From: Octopus vulgaris
Taxonomy: Eukaryota
NCBI GenBank assembly: GCA_951406725.2
Contig: OX597819.1
Location: forward strand, 133,424,001-133,488,000
Length of the DNA: 64,000 nucleotides
Reading direction: 5' to 3'
Below the pieces are notes generated by a model, which ran no database searches, was not told the origin of the DNA, and saw only the letters and a program-made list of their open reading frames with translations. Within the stretch, counting starts at the first letter, position 1; each line of letters starts with the position of its first letter. Shown in pieces: positions 42,089 to 54,339 of the stretch. Made by a program: the position numbers and the translations under genes.

Positions 42089-42715
42089 AATTAATTTAAT
42101 GGATAAAAATAAATTTATTAAGTAACGTATTCTCCTACAGTTGTTTCATTTCACAAACAAAATAAAAATTACAAAACGTATATAAATATATAATTTTACA
42201 TTTGCAATACCATTTTCGGAAAATCATCAAAGGACAATACAAGGATTACATTAAGACACGTTTGGAATCCTCAGAATGTATAGACGAGTTTACTATGTGT
42301 ATATGTATATGTATGCACACATATAATAATGGTTGATATTTTACGATGTAATATATTCATTGAAGAAATATCTCTTCAAAATATATTTTAAGCCAGTGTA
42401 TCTTGCATAGAATATCCCTATAAAGGGTTTAAATATCCTCATTCTGATTATATATATATATATGTCTCATATCAATGTTATAATACTTGATTCACTAAAA
42501 TCATTAGCAAATTAAATTAGTTACTCTCATTTTTGATATTTTCTGAGTCATTAATTATGATACATTTATCATAACTATGATAATACTTCTGTCGTAACTT
42601 TGAATATTTTTCGATAAAAATAAATGAGTATTGTACGTGTTTTCGTTTTTCATAACTGTACACCTACTTTTGCACCACCCTATGTGCATATATATGTATA
42701 TATGTATATATATAT

Positions 42716-42769
<54 letters not shown>

Positions 42770-43387
42770 GGAGCGCGAGAAAGGGGCAGGGAGAGAGGGG
42801 GGTGGGTATATCGTTTACTAAAGGAGAAATAACTCATTTTCATAGCATAAATCCAATTCCATTAACTTGTTGCATTACATTACTAAATTCATATTCTCTG
42901 AAGATTTCTCCAGTTTAATCGAAATCTTTCATTACATGAATGACCAAAAATGCTGCGCTTATTACTTTGTCAGATTGACTTGGATGTACATCTGTGAGCG
43001 ATATTTATATTACAGCAGTCCTATCATGTTTGTTGCAATCAGATAAACATTCTTCTAATTGTTTGCTTGTCTCAAAGCGAAGACCAGAAAAGGTTTTGTC
43101 AGTGTGTAATCAATAAAAATACCGTTAGCAAGAAATTCTTCACACAACCTTCCATGTTAAATATAACGAACATTATGTGAGGTAACTCACATGTTTTGTT
43201 TGACAATCGTAAATGTTAAGTTGATATCTTTACACAGACTGACTACTATACATTGCTTTAGTTGTACTGTCTTCTTCTTCTTCTTCTTCTTCTTCTTCTT
43301 CTTCTTCTTCTTCTTCTTCTTCTTCTTCTTCTTCTTCTTCTTCTTCTTCTTCTTCTTCTTCTTTTCTTTTTCTTCTTCTCCTTCTGC

Positions 43388-43463
<76 letters not shown>

Positions 43464-43464
43464 C

Positions 43465-44339
43465 ATTCAGTAGTTTTATTTTTATAGCATGCTTTCACTT
43501 CACTACCGAGCGCGGCTCTGTGTGCCTTAGGTATGTGCTGTGATTTGTTGTGATGGTCTGATGGTTATGGTATGGAAAGTGTTCTGCGTAAGATGTGTGC
43601 AGTGCCTAGTAGTGCAATTTTCTGTATGTTATATGTGTTTGTAAGTCCTGGTGTTTTTGTTATGTATCTTCGTACGTTAGCTATTTTATTAGGGTTCATT
43701 GCTGTATCCAAGTCTATATTTATGTTATTTTCCTTCCATATTTTATATGTATGTGTTGTTGTGTCTAAATTTTTGGGGTAGAGTACTGCTGTGAAATATG
43801 CGTGTAGGATAGAAATGTATTCCTCACGTGTCCATTTATGTCTTTTGGGTTTTATTTGCGGGACATGCGGAACAACGTCCGGCCCATTATTTTGACGGTC
43901 GTCATTTTCGTAGAGTACCGGTCCGTTCATTTCTGTTGTCACATTGTTTTGCACGTGTAGTTTTTCGTACATTTGTGTTGTAAGTTTAAGGTACGTACCC
44001 CGCGATTGCTATTCTTGGGTCGAATAATATCGGTGGTATTTAATTTCTTCGAAGTTCCTTTGTACATGGTGTTTGGGGTCGGGGATGATCTGGTGTTGAT
44101 TGATCGTAATGTATCACGCACGTTTATATGTGTTGTGTTAGACGTGGAGATGATATCGAGTTAAAATACATCATTTCGTTTGGAAAATAGTAATAAATTT
44201 TAATGAGTATTACTTACTCGGGTACAGTCCAATCCTTTGTTAGTAAATCTTTGGTTTCATACGATGTCCTTGTTTTCGATGTATGTGGATAGATTTCAGA
44301 GCTCTGTTTTATCGTTCTTACATCTTAAACGTCCCTCGG

Positions 44340-44342
<3 letters not shown>
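43465..44342 (-). mobile_element. short internally deleted Dong/R4 family 1 derivative (~880 bp)
   Basis: Both termini of the 44686-48868 element joined at the ATGTAT microhomology (43662-43667); (TAA)n on both sides. Confidence 0.9.
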
Positions 44343-44419
<77 letters not shown>

Positions 44420-44421
<2 letters not shown>

Positions 44422-44643
44422 TTTCCTTCTTTCTTCAAATATTCTTCCGCTTCTCACCGAGTGTTTTCCGTACACCTAGGGCAGAGAAGCTCATTGTATG
44501 CATTCCCAGATTACACACGCAAATTCACAAATTCATGAATGGATGTTATTTTTACAGCGATAATGCTCTTCTCAGTACATGAGCCGTTCTAGTTAACACG
44601 ATTTTTTTACTTCCTGTAGGGATGGTAAACCTGGTGTGAAACC
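44420..44643 (-). mobile_element. Dong/R4-type 3' fragment (another family)
   Basis: Minus strand reads PGLPSLQEV.KIVLTRTAHVLRRALSL* followed by a different 3' UTR; (TAA)n flanks. Confidence 0.75.
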
Positions 44644-44685
44644 TTATTATTATTATTATCATGTCATTATTATTATTACTTTATT

Positions 44686-47600
44686 ATTCAGTAGTTTTAT
44701 TTTTATACGTGCTTTCACTTCACTACCGAGCACAGCTCTGTGTGCCTTGGGTATGTGCTGTGATTTGTTGTGATGCTCTGATGGTTATTGTATGGAAAGT
44801 GTTCTGCGTAGGATGTGTGCAGTGCCTAGTAGTGCAATTTTCTGTATGTAATATGCGTTTGTAAGTCCTGGTGTTTTTGTTATGTATTTGTCTGAATATT
44901 TTTTTATCATGCCTAATGCACCTACTATGATAGGAATTGTTTCTGTTTTCAGATTCCACATTCTAGTTACCTCTATTTGCAGGTCTTTGTATTTTGAGAG
45001 TTTCTCCATTTCTTTTAGAGACACGTTGTCATCTGCCGGTACTGATACATCAATTAGAAAGCATTTTTTTCTTCATGGTCTCTGACAACTATATCTGGTC
45101 TGTTGGCCTTAATTTCTCTATCTGTGTGTATCGGCATATGCCAGAGTATGGTTGCTTTCCCGTTTTCTGTGACCTTTTCTGGTGTGTGCCTATACCATCT
45201 TTTTTCTGTTGTTATTCCATAATGTTGGCATAGCTTCCAATGTATGTAGGTTCCAACTCTGTCATGTCTGTGAATATATTCCTTCTTAGCCAGGACTGGG
45301 CAGCTAGAGATAATATGATTTATTGTTTCTTGTCCATCTCCACATATTCTGCAGTTACTTGTAATATTTCTTTTCATTACATGTTTTTGGTAATTTCTGG
45401 TGGGGAGGCTTTGGTCTTGTGCTGCAATTAAAAATCCCTCTGTTTCTGCTTTGAGTCCTGAGCTTCTCAACCATTGCTGGGATTTTTCTTTGTCTATTTC
45501 TTTTGCGTTTAGTTTAGTCCAGTATTTACCATGAAGGGGCTTTTCTTGCCATCGTTTTATCATGGTTCGTTGCTGTTCTATTTTTAGTTTGGATTTCATT
45601 TGTTTTATAGCTTTTGTTGTTTCTTCATCTTCTTCTTCTTCATGTTTATTAGGTGGTATGATTTCTAGTTTGTATTTGTCAGCTTCTTAAATACTGAGAA
45701 CAGTTTTTTGTTTTGCTCGTGTTTTGCTGCTATCTGGATCAGTTTTCCTTCCTTCTGAAGTAGGTATTTTTGCAGTCCTATGGTGGTTATTTTATAGTAG
45801 TTTTCCAGCTGTATAAGGCCTCTACCACCTTCTATACGTTGTATATATAGTCTTTCTATGTCAGATTTTGGGTGATGCATCCTAGATCCTGTCATTATTT
45901 TTCTTGTTTTCCTGTCTATTTTGGTCAGTTCATTTCGTGTCCAGTTAAGGATATTGTAGCTGTAACTTATAACTGGGACAGCTAAAGTGTTGATACCTAT
46001 TATCTTGTTTTTAGCATTGAGCTCTGTGTTTAGTATTGATCTAACTCGTCTATAATATTCTTTTTTATTTTCTCTTTCATTTGTGCGTGTTGTGTCTTAT
46101 CTAGTTCATGGATTCCTAAGTATTTGTAAGTTTGGCTTTGGTCTAATTCTTTTATTTCATTTGCTTCATCTAGTGTGATGTTGTTACTCTTAACTAGTTT
46201 TCCTCTTTTCATGGTTACTTTGGCGCATTTTTCTAATCCAAATTTCATATCTATTTCTTTGGTAAATCCATGAACTGTCTTTAATAGTGTTTCCAGCTGT
46301 TTGTCATTTGCAGCGTATAGTTTTAGGTCATCCATATATAAAAGGTGGCTGATCGTTTTGCCGTAACATTTATATCCGCATCCAGTTCTATTTAGCATAT
46401 CAGATAGAGGTGACAGTGCCAAGCAGAAAAGGAGTGGAGAGAGCGTATCTCCCTGGAATATTCCTCTTCTAATGGGGATGTCTTTGGTTTTCATGAGTCC
46501 CTCTTTTGTTTGGAGGTGTAGGACTGTTTGCCATTTATTCATAGAGTGCTCTATGAATTTTATGATTGTTGGTGCTACTTTGTTAATGGCTAGTGTTTCG
46601 AGGATCCATGTGTGGGGGATGCTATCAAACGCCTTTTTGTAGTCAATCCAGGCCATACCGAGGCCTTTCTTCTTTCTGTGGCTGTCTTCAGTTATGGCTT
46701 TATTAATCATTAGTTGATCTTTACAGCCATATGAGCCTTTGCGGCATCCTTCCTGCTCTTCTGGAAACAGGTTGTTTTCGTCCAGGTGCTTGTTCAACCT
46801 TTGCGATATCACTGCAGTAAATGCCTTGTACATTGTAGGGAGACAGGTTATTGGTCTATAGTTTTCTGGTTTTGCTGTCTCATTTGATTTGGGAATTAAG
46901 ATGGTTTTTCCCCTTCGTGAGCCATTCAGGCATTTTCTCTGGCTCTGCTAGTATGTTGTTAAAGTTTTCAGCCAGCTTTTTGTGCATTCCTGTTAGATAT
47001 TTCAACCAGAAGTTGGGGATCTTGTCATGCCCAGGTGCCTTCCAGTTGCTTAGTCTTTGCAGTGTCTGGGTGACCTCTTCAGTTGTTATGGGGGTCCAAA
47101 GTTGCTCAGATGCTGAGTTTGTTGTTTTAACACTCCTTTTTTTTGGTTGTTCGTTCGCCGACCATATTTCCAGAATTCTTCCACTTCTGCCGTTAGTGCT
47201 GCAGTGATTTCTATTTTATTTTTGCCAAGTTCTTGGTAGAACTTTTTGGGGTTGGAGTTGAACTTTTTGTTTTGTTCAAAGAAGCGCTGGCGTTTGTCTT
47301 ACCGGCGGATCCTTTGGGCTTTGGCAAGGATATCTTGCTTCAGATTTTCTTTTATCTCAGGTAAATCTTTTTCTGTGATGTTATATTTGCGGAGTATTTT
47401 TGTTTTCTTTTTGTTGCTCAGTAGCGTTGATTGTCTACTGATTTCATTAAGAATCGACAGATCTTATCTCATTTTTTGTATTTTGTTTTGGATGTTATTT
47501 ATCCACAGGGTTTTTTTGGGTGGTGGTACTCCTGTTTGGATGGGTTTGGGTGAGTATCCAGCTTCTTTTGTGGCTGCAGTGGCTGCTGCGTATATTAAGT

Positions 47601-48865
47601 CATCTAGCTCAGTGATATCGCTTTTTGTTTCAGTGGCTATTTGTTCCGTGACGGCTAGGTTTATGCTGTTCATAATTGGTGTTGTTGTTTTGTCTATTTT
47701 GATTTTTGGGAGGTATGGTCGGTGGTCCATCTTGAGCTCTGTGGTTTTCAGTTCTTTGATTATTCTACTTTTTATATTATCATAACCATTAGGCTCCCTT
47801 TCGTTGTTTCCAGGTTTTAGATTTGTGTCGCTTTCTTTCTCATTTGTATGTTTGTTTGTCGTGTTTTGGCTTGCTGTTTGTCGTGTATTATTATGCATCT
47901 TTACGGTCTGGGTTTGTTGTTTTTTGTTTACATCGTGTTTGTTCGAAATGTTACGTTTGTCTTCGTGTTTTACTGTTTCAGTGTTTATATTATTGGGCAT
48001 TGTTGTGTGGCTTCTATCTACATTTTCCTGGGGTATTTGTTCTTTTAAATGTTCTATTTCTATTTTTGAAAAATTTTTTGCGTTGAGAATGTATCTTCGT
48101 ACGTTAGCTAGTTTATTAGGGTCCATTGCTGTATCCAAGTCTATATTTATGTTATTTTCCTTCCATATTTTATATGTATGTATTGTTGTGTTTTCATTCT
48201 TTGGGTAGAGCACTGCTGTGAGGCATGCGTGTAGGATAGAAATGTATTCCTCACGTGTCCATTTATGTCTTTTGGGTTTTATTTGCGGGACATGCGGAAC
48301 AACGTCCGGCCCATTATTTTGACGGTCATCATTTTCGTAGGGTACCGGTCCGTTCATTTCTGTTGTCACATTGTTTTGCACGTGTAGTTTTTCGTACATT
48401 TTGTGATGTAAGAAAAAAGTACGTACCTCCCGATTGTTATTCTTGGGTTAAATAATATCGGTGGTATTTAATTTCTTCGTAGTTCCTTTGTACATGGTGT
48501 TTGGGGTCGGGGATGATCTGGTGTTGATGGATCGTAATGTATCACGCACGTTTACATGTGTTGTGTTAGACGTGGAGATGATATCGAGTTAAAATACATC
48601 ATTTCGTTTCGAAAATAGTAATAAATTTCAATGAGTATTACTTACTCGGATACAGTCCAATCCATTGTTAGTAAATGTTTGGTTTCATACGATGTCCTTG
48701 TTTTCGATGTTTGTGGATAGATTTCGGAGCTCTGTTTTATCGTTCTTACATCTTAAACGTCCCTCGGTGTCTACATCTTAAACGTCCCTCGGTGTCTACA
48801 TCTTAAACGTCCCTCGGTGTTACATCTTAAACGTCCCCTGGTGTTACATCTTAAACGTCCCCCGG

Positions 48866-48868
<3 letters not shown>
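44686..48868 (-). mobile_element. full-length Dong/R4 family 1 retrotransposon (RT + RLE) with frameshifts
   Basis: ORF pieces 47464-48399, 46030-46833, 45665-45895, 45054-45599 and 44785-45024 form one RT-CCHC-RLE protein; (TAA)n on both sides. Confidence 0.93.
48747..48868 (-). repeat. five tandem copies of the 24-25-nt 5' terminus of the Dong/R4 element
   Basis: TACATCTTAAACGTCCCTCGGTGT(C) x5 on the plus strand; single copy at 44319-44342. Confidence 0.92.
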
Positions 48869-48896
<28 letters not shown>

Positions 48897-48898
<2 letters not shown>

Positions 48899-49205
48899 AG
48901 CAGCATATCGTCTGTTTCACGTTCTGAGTTCAAATTCTGCCATGGTCAACTCGGCCTTTCATCCTTTCAGGGTCGATTAAATAAGTACCAATGTAATCGA
49001 CTAGTCCTCTCCCCCAAATTTCAGGCCTTGTGCCTAGAGCAGAAAAGATTATTATTATCATTATAAAGATGGTGTGCCGGCCTAATTGTTACCACGCTGG
49101 GTAAAGTGCTTAACAGTATTTCGTCTGTTTTTACGTTCTGAATTCAAATGCCCCTGTGGTTGACTTTGCTTTTGATCCTTTGAAGGTGGATAAAATAGGT
49201 ACCAG
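48897..49205 (+). mobile_element. two tandem SINE family B copies
   Basis: GTTCTGAGTTCAAAT..GCC..GGTCAACT..GCCTTTCATCCTTTC core occurs twice. Confidence 0.7.
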
Positions 49206-49209
49206 TGGA

Positions 49210-49490
49210 GCTTATAGTGGAAAGTGTCAGCTCTCCACAGCCAGCAGACTAAGGTGACATTTTTTTTATTGATCATGCTTCAAAAACCCTGCGGAGAACT
49301 CTTGTAGTTCTAAGCAATGATGATTTTTGATTTTTGTTGGAGTTCTGTCTTTACATTTGTGGCAATCATTTTGAGCCACGTTGGTAGTTGAGTGCTGATA
49401 CTTCCAAGTGCCCCCATTAGTACTGGTATCTCGTCCACTCTCTTCATTGCCCACAACCTGCGTATTTCTCACTTCAAATTGTCATACATG
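49210..49490 (-). mobile_element. RLE non-LTR (R4-like) 3' fragment, degenerate
   Basis: YDNLK*EIRRLWAMKRVDEIPVLMGALGSI...RTTRVLRRVFEA*. Confidence 0.7.
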
Positions 49491-49713
49491 TACATTGTTT
49501 TGTCTTGGTATAAAAGATGGGCTACAGCAAATATTCTGCTCAATACCACAGATTTGCTTGTCAGTTGTTTGACCATAACCAGTCGAGCATGTCCCTTGGT
49601 GGCTGACGATATGTGCATCTCTGATCACGAGCAGAAGTAGTCATGATGGGTATACTGGGCTTCGTATATTTTACGCCAGTGTCACTTTGATGTCATGCAC
49701 TGCTCTCTCACTA

Positions 49714-49791
<78 letters not shown>

Positions 49792-49828
49792 TACGCTTTG
49801 TTTTCATATACATTTTGTTTACGTTTGC

Positions 49829-49888
<60 letters not shown>

Positions 49889-50102
49889 GTTGTTGTTGTT
49901 GTTGTTGTTGTTGTTATTATTATTATTATTATTATTGTTGTTGTTATTATTATTATTATTTTTATTATTATTATTATTATTGTTGTTGTTGTTGTTATTA
50001 TTATTATTATTGTTGTTGTTGTTATTATTATTATTATTATTATTGTTGTTATTATTATTATTATTATTATTATTGTTGTTATTATCATTATTATTATTGT
50101 TG

Positions 50103-50134
<32 letters not shown>

Positions 50135-50255
50135 GTTATTATTATTATTATTATTATTGTTGTTGTTATTATTATTATTAATATTATTATTATTGTTATT
50201 GTTATTGTTCTTCTTATTGTTGTTGTTGTTGTTGTTGCTGTTATTGTTGTTGTAG
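49714..50255. repeat. compound (GAT)n/(TAA)n/(TAT,TGT)n microsatellite
   Basis: Read directly. Confidence 0.95.
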
Positions 50256-50912
50256 TTGATGCCGTCGTCGTCGTCGATGGTTATTATTGAGGTTGCTGAT
50301 GCTGTGGTTGTTGTTCATAGCTATTCAGTTATTAAAGCGCATGTGCCGGTGGTCACAGAGAGTGGGTGAATAAGAAGATAAAACATCTTTCGCTCCTATT
50401 CGCGGTATACTCGATGTCAAGTTTGCATTCAAGCCACTCTAGCACCGCCAGCGTCCTTAACATTAGCAAGGAGGCAATACTCTGTGAGTGAATTCAATAG
50501 AATCTGCTGCTGCCCAGCATTGTTAACGTGCAAATGCACTGTGCCAATTAGAAAATGGAAAAGCCAAAGTAAGAAATTCAATATTGCTTTGCACATATCA
50601 CTTGTATAAGATTTCCGTCTTCACATAACGAGAGAAATGACAAGCAGCAGATTCTATAGCCATCTCGTGTTTTCTATAGAAGCTTTATTATGTGAATAAT
50701 AATTGTCTTATTTTTGGAATTAGATTTTATTGCTTCCTTCTGACGAAAGAAATTGTTGTTAGAGTAAGAAATTTTCAAAGGAAAGATATCGCTTTATTTT
50801 ACTTAGAATTGGTTGTAGGTAGATATATTGCCATTGTTGGGAGAAGTCGAAACTAAACTTTGGTAGCTTCGTTGAATATGTATGAATGTGTGAATGCATG
50901 TTTGTACACACT

Positions 50913-50957
<45 letters not shown>

Positions 50958-51049
50958 ACACACGTGCGCACACATTCACTCACACACATATATATGTATA
51001 TATGAATACCTATATACATGCATTATTATTATTATTGGTATTATTATTG

Positions 51050-51103
<54 letters not shown>

Positions 51104-51600
51104 TTATTATTATTATTAGCATTAATTTTACAAGTATTATTATTTAAAACAGTTCGATTCGACTGCATTTGACTGGCTTCTAAATGAAACGCAGCTCGTT
51201 CAAACTCAGAATGGAAGTCGACAGAAACAAGGCTGGCGACTGTGTGTGCACATGTGTGTATATACACCAGATATAAAGAGTGTGTGGGTGTGTTATCGGT
51301 TGTATTAGTGTGTGTACGTGCGTGTTCCTGTAGCCACCTTGATCTGCCTGTATTCTTCCATTCGGTAATCTGTGCCTGAAAGAGTATGGTCTCTGTTAGA
51401 GACCTGCAATATTTTAAGACGCATGGGGCTGCACCAAACTGTTTTACAACATAATATATGTAACTCCTACTGAACACATTGATTGAGTTTTTCTTTCATT
51501 CGTCCACTCACTCGTAAACACACACATACACTCACACACACACACATGCATGTGTGTATATATATATCTGTGTGTGTATGTACATGTATATATATATATA

Positions 51601-51972
51601 GGCGCAGGAGCGGCTGTGTGGTAAGTAGCTTGCTTACAAACCACATGGTCCCGGGTTCAGTCCGACTGTGTGGCATCTTGGGCAAGTGTATTCTACTATA
51701 GCCTCGGGCCGACCAAAGCCTTGTGAGTGGATTTAGTAGATGGAAACTGAAAGAAGCCCGTTGTATATATGCACATATATATGTACGCGTGTGTGTCTGT
51801 GTTTCTCTCCCCAGTATCGCTTGACAACCGATGCTGATGTGTTTACGTTCCCGTAACTTAGCGGTTGGGCAAACGACACCGATAGAATAAGTACTAGGCT
51901 TACAAATAATTAGGCGGTGCTCGAGCATGACCGCAGTCAAAATGACTGAAACAAGTAAACGAATAAAAGAAG
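51601..51972 (+). mobile_element. near full-length tRNA-derived SINE (family A)
   Basis: A-box-like GCGGCTGTGTGG, B-box-like GGTTCAGTCC, central body, tail GGCGGTGCTCGAGCATGACCGCAGTC..GACTGAAAC. Confidence 0.85.
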
Positions 51973-51988
51973 AAAGTATATATACACT

Positions 51989-52086
<98 letters not shown>

Positions 52087-53382
52087 GTCTATGTGTGTTA
52101 TCATATAATGATGATGTTTCTCAGTGCCATATTCAGCTTGCATTGAAATATTTAGTCATTTTTACTCTGCATATTTTATAAGTGAATACACCCCCACCCC
52201 CTCACTGCGGTGGTTTTCTCACAGCTATATCTGAGTTATGCTAAAAGTTCTCCTTTACCTAATTTCATTTAATTTATTCAATTAATTTATTCCTTCTTTC
52301 TAATATTTTTAGCAACTCATGATTATTCCTTGTGTCTTTGCATCTAGGGAGAAGGCATAGTTACAAATATTTCAGGAAAGTCATGAAGATACGCCGTTAT
52401 TATTTCTTATAATATTGGAATATGAAACACAACATGAGAAGTAATCTTTATCACCATCTAAACGTAGGTGTTCTCTGCTGCTATTTAACCGCAGGAGGAC
52501 TGCTCCTCCAGCTGGTTATTCAGTGCACTCGATATATATAGCAAGCTGGGGGAGGACTCTGACCCCACTAGATCACGTGACTTTGACCTCGTTTTGGTCA
52601 ACTTCGGTGATGGATACTCGCTTGCTAGACATAGCCGTTGTTCACCCCAGCTTGCAAAATGGTTGATGATATATTCCCAATGATATGAATTAGAGGATCA
52701 AACTTTTGTATGGGTTTGACCTGAGAATGTGTAAAAGTCTGTTTCACTGAAGAAGTCGTATCAGCAGGAAAGGTGTGAGCTAAAGTTATAAGTTTCTCAT
52801 TATTTTATTATTGATTAAATGTGTTGAGTTTCGTAAGCGAAAGCAATTCAATATTCCGTTTTTAGTTTAAATAGAAATGATATGAAGCTATAAATTCTCG
52901 ATGTTGGAAAATTTGAATTAGGAGAATTATAAACATATTTACATCTTTTTGTTTTTATTTAGATGCAGAGAAAAAAAAAACAATTAAAATGTTGTTTTTA
53001 ATTTATATTTATATATGTACGATAATTGCTGTTATTCTTAAGCAGGTTGTTAACTACGAACAAGTGTTTACAGAAGTAAATGAGTATCTTTAAGTGCATA
53101 GAAAAAAATAATGAAGTAAATTATTTATCTTAATTTGAATGTTTGGAGGTTTTCATATGCGCTGGAGCTGGTGTTTGTGTTTGTGCCATTAAAGACACAA
53201 AACTAAATTTCACAATTAATTGTATTCTGTAATGAGGTTCTCTCGATGACTTTCACTTACGTGTGTTACATGCAAATAAATCTCCAACTAGTTGAAGTGT
53301 GTGTGTGTGCCATAAGTACAATAGGTTGCAAATCAAAATGAAATTAGCGTTCGCTCACAACAATGTACATTGAGAAATTAAC

Positions 53383-53416
<34 letters not shown>

Positions 53417-53719
53417 TTCATATAGGTTCCTGAGAGGAGATTGGTGATATTTACTTAAATTAGTGGGTGTGGAGCATTATTGCTGGGTGTGTTTGGCAGA
53501 AATATTGTATGAAAGAGGAAAAAGAATTATGTTTTAGAGAGAAGCAATTTTGGAGATAAAGTATAATATCATGACGAGTGTTATAATTCACAAATTTTAA
53601 TTGCACGGTTTGATTCTGACAGCATTGTTAAGTACGATTTCTAATTTTCAGCAAACAAGTGGTGAGAAGATGCCATCAACAGAGTTCGAATATACCCTCG
53701 GCACAACCCTGACATGACC

Positions 53720-54171
53720 TTCATTATACTGAACCTAAAAGGATAGAAGGAAATGTTGACTTCAGAATGATTTGAACGCACTAATTAGCTGCAACAAATA
53801 GTGAAAGTCATTTTCCCGCTGTTCTAATGTTTCAGCCAGCTCGCCAACTTTTTTAATCATGATTTCCAATTTTGGCACGAGGCCAGCAATTTCGAGGGAG
53901 TGACTAATCGGTTAGATCGCTCTCAGATGCTTATTTTATTGACTGCGAGGGGATGGAAGGCAAAATTGACTTCCACAGAATTTGAACTCATAGCGTAAAG
54001 ACAGACGAAATACTGCTAAGCATTTTGCCCGGCGTGCTAACGATTCTGCCAACTCGTCGCTCAGCTGGCTGCCCAGCTTGCCGGCTGCTCACGGCCCAGC
54101 TCACGGCCCAGCTCGCCACCCAGCTCGCCACCCAGCTCGCCACCCAGCTCGCCACCCAGCTCGCCGCCCAG
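53720..54171 (-). mobile_element. two SINE family B copies, the second with a tandemly amplified 5' 12-mer
   Basis: Reverse complement of 8805-9010; ~10 units of CAGCTCGCCACC at 54050-54168. Confidence 0.75.
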
Positions 54172-54339
54172 TTTAGGGAACATAGAAATCGATATCTAAT
54201 GTATATCTATTAAACGTGTGTGTGTGTATACAGAGAGAGAGAGAGGGAAAGAAAAGTGACAGAGAGAGAAAGAGAGAGAGAGAGGGGCAAATTATGCGGA
54301 TAAACAAATTAAATGTATTAAATCTATTAGTTTGGTATG

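Noticed and set aside
48747-48868. CRISPR-like 24-25-bp direct repeats
   Set aside because: No spacers, no cas genes, eukaryotic context; the unit is the retrotransposon 5' end
51601-51675. Possible tRNA gene
   Set aside because: A/B boxes belong to a SINE head; no convincing cloverleaf, and it continues into the SINE body
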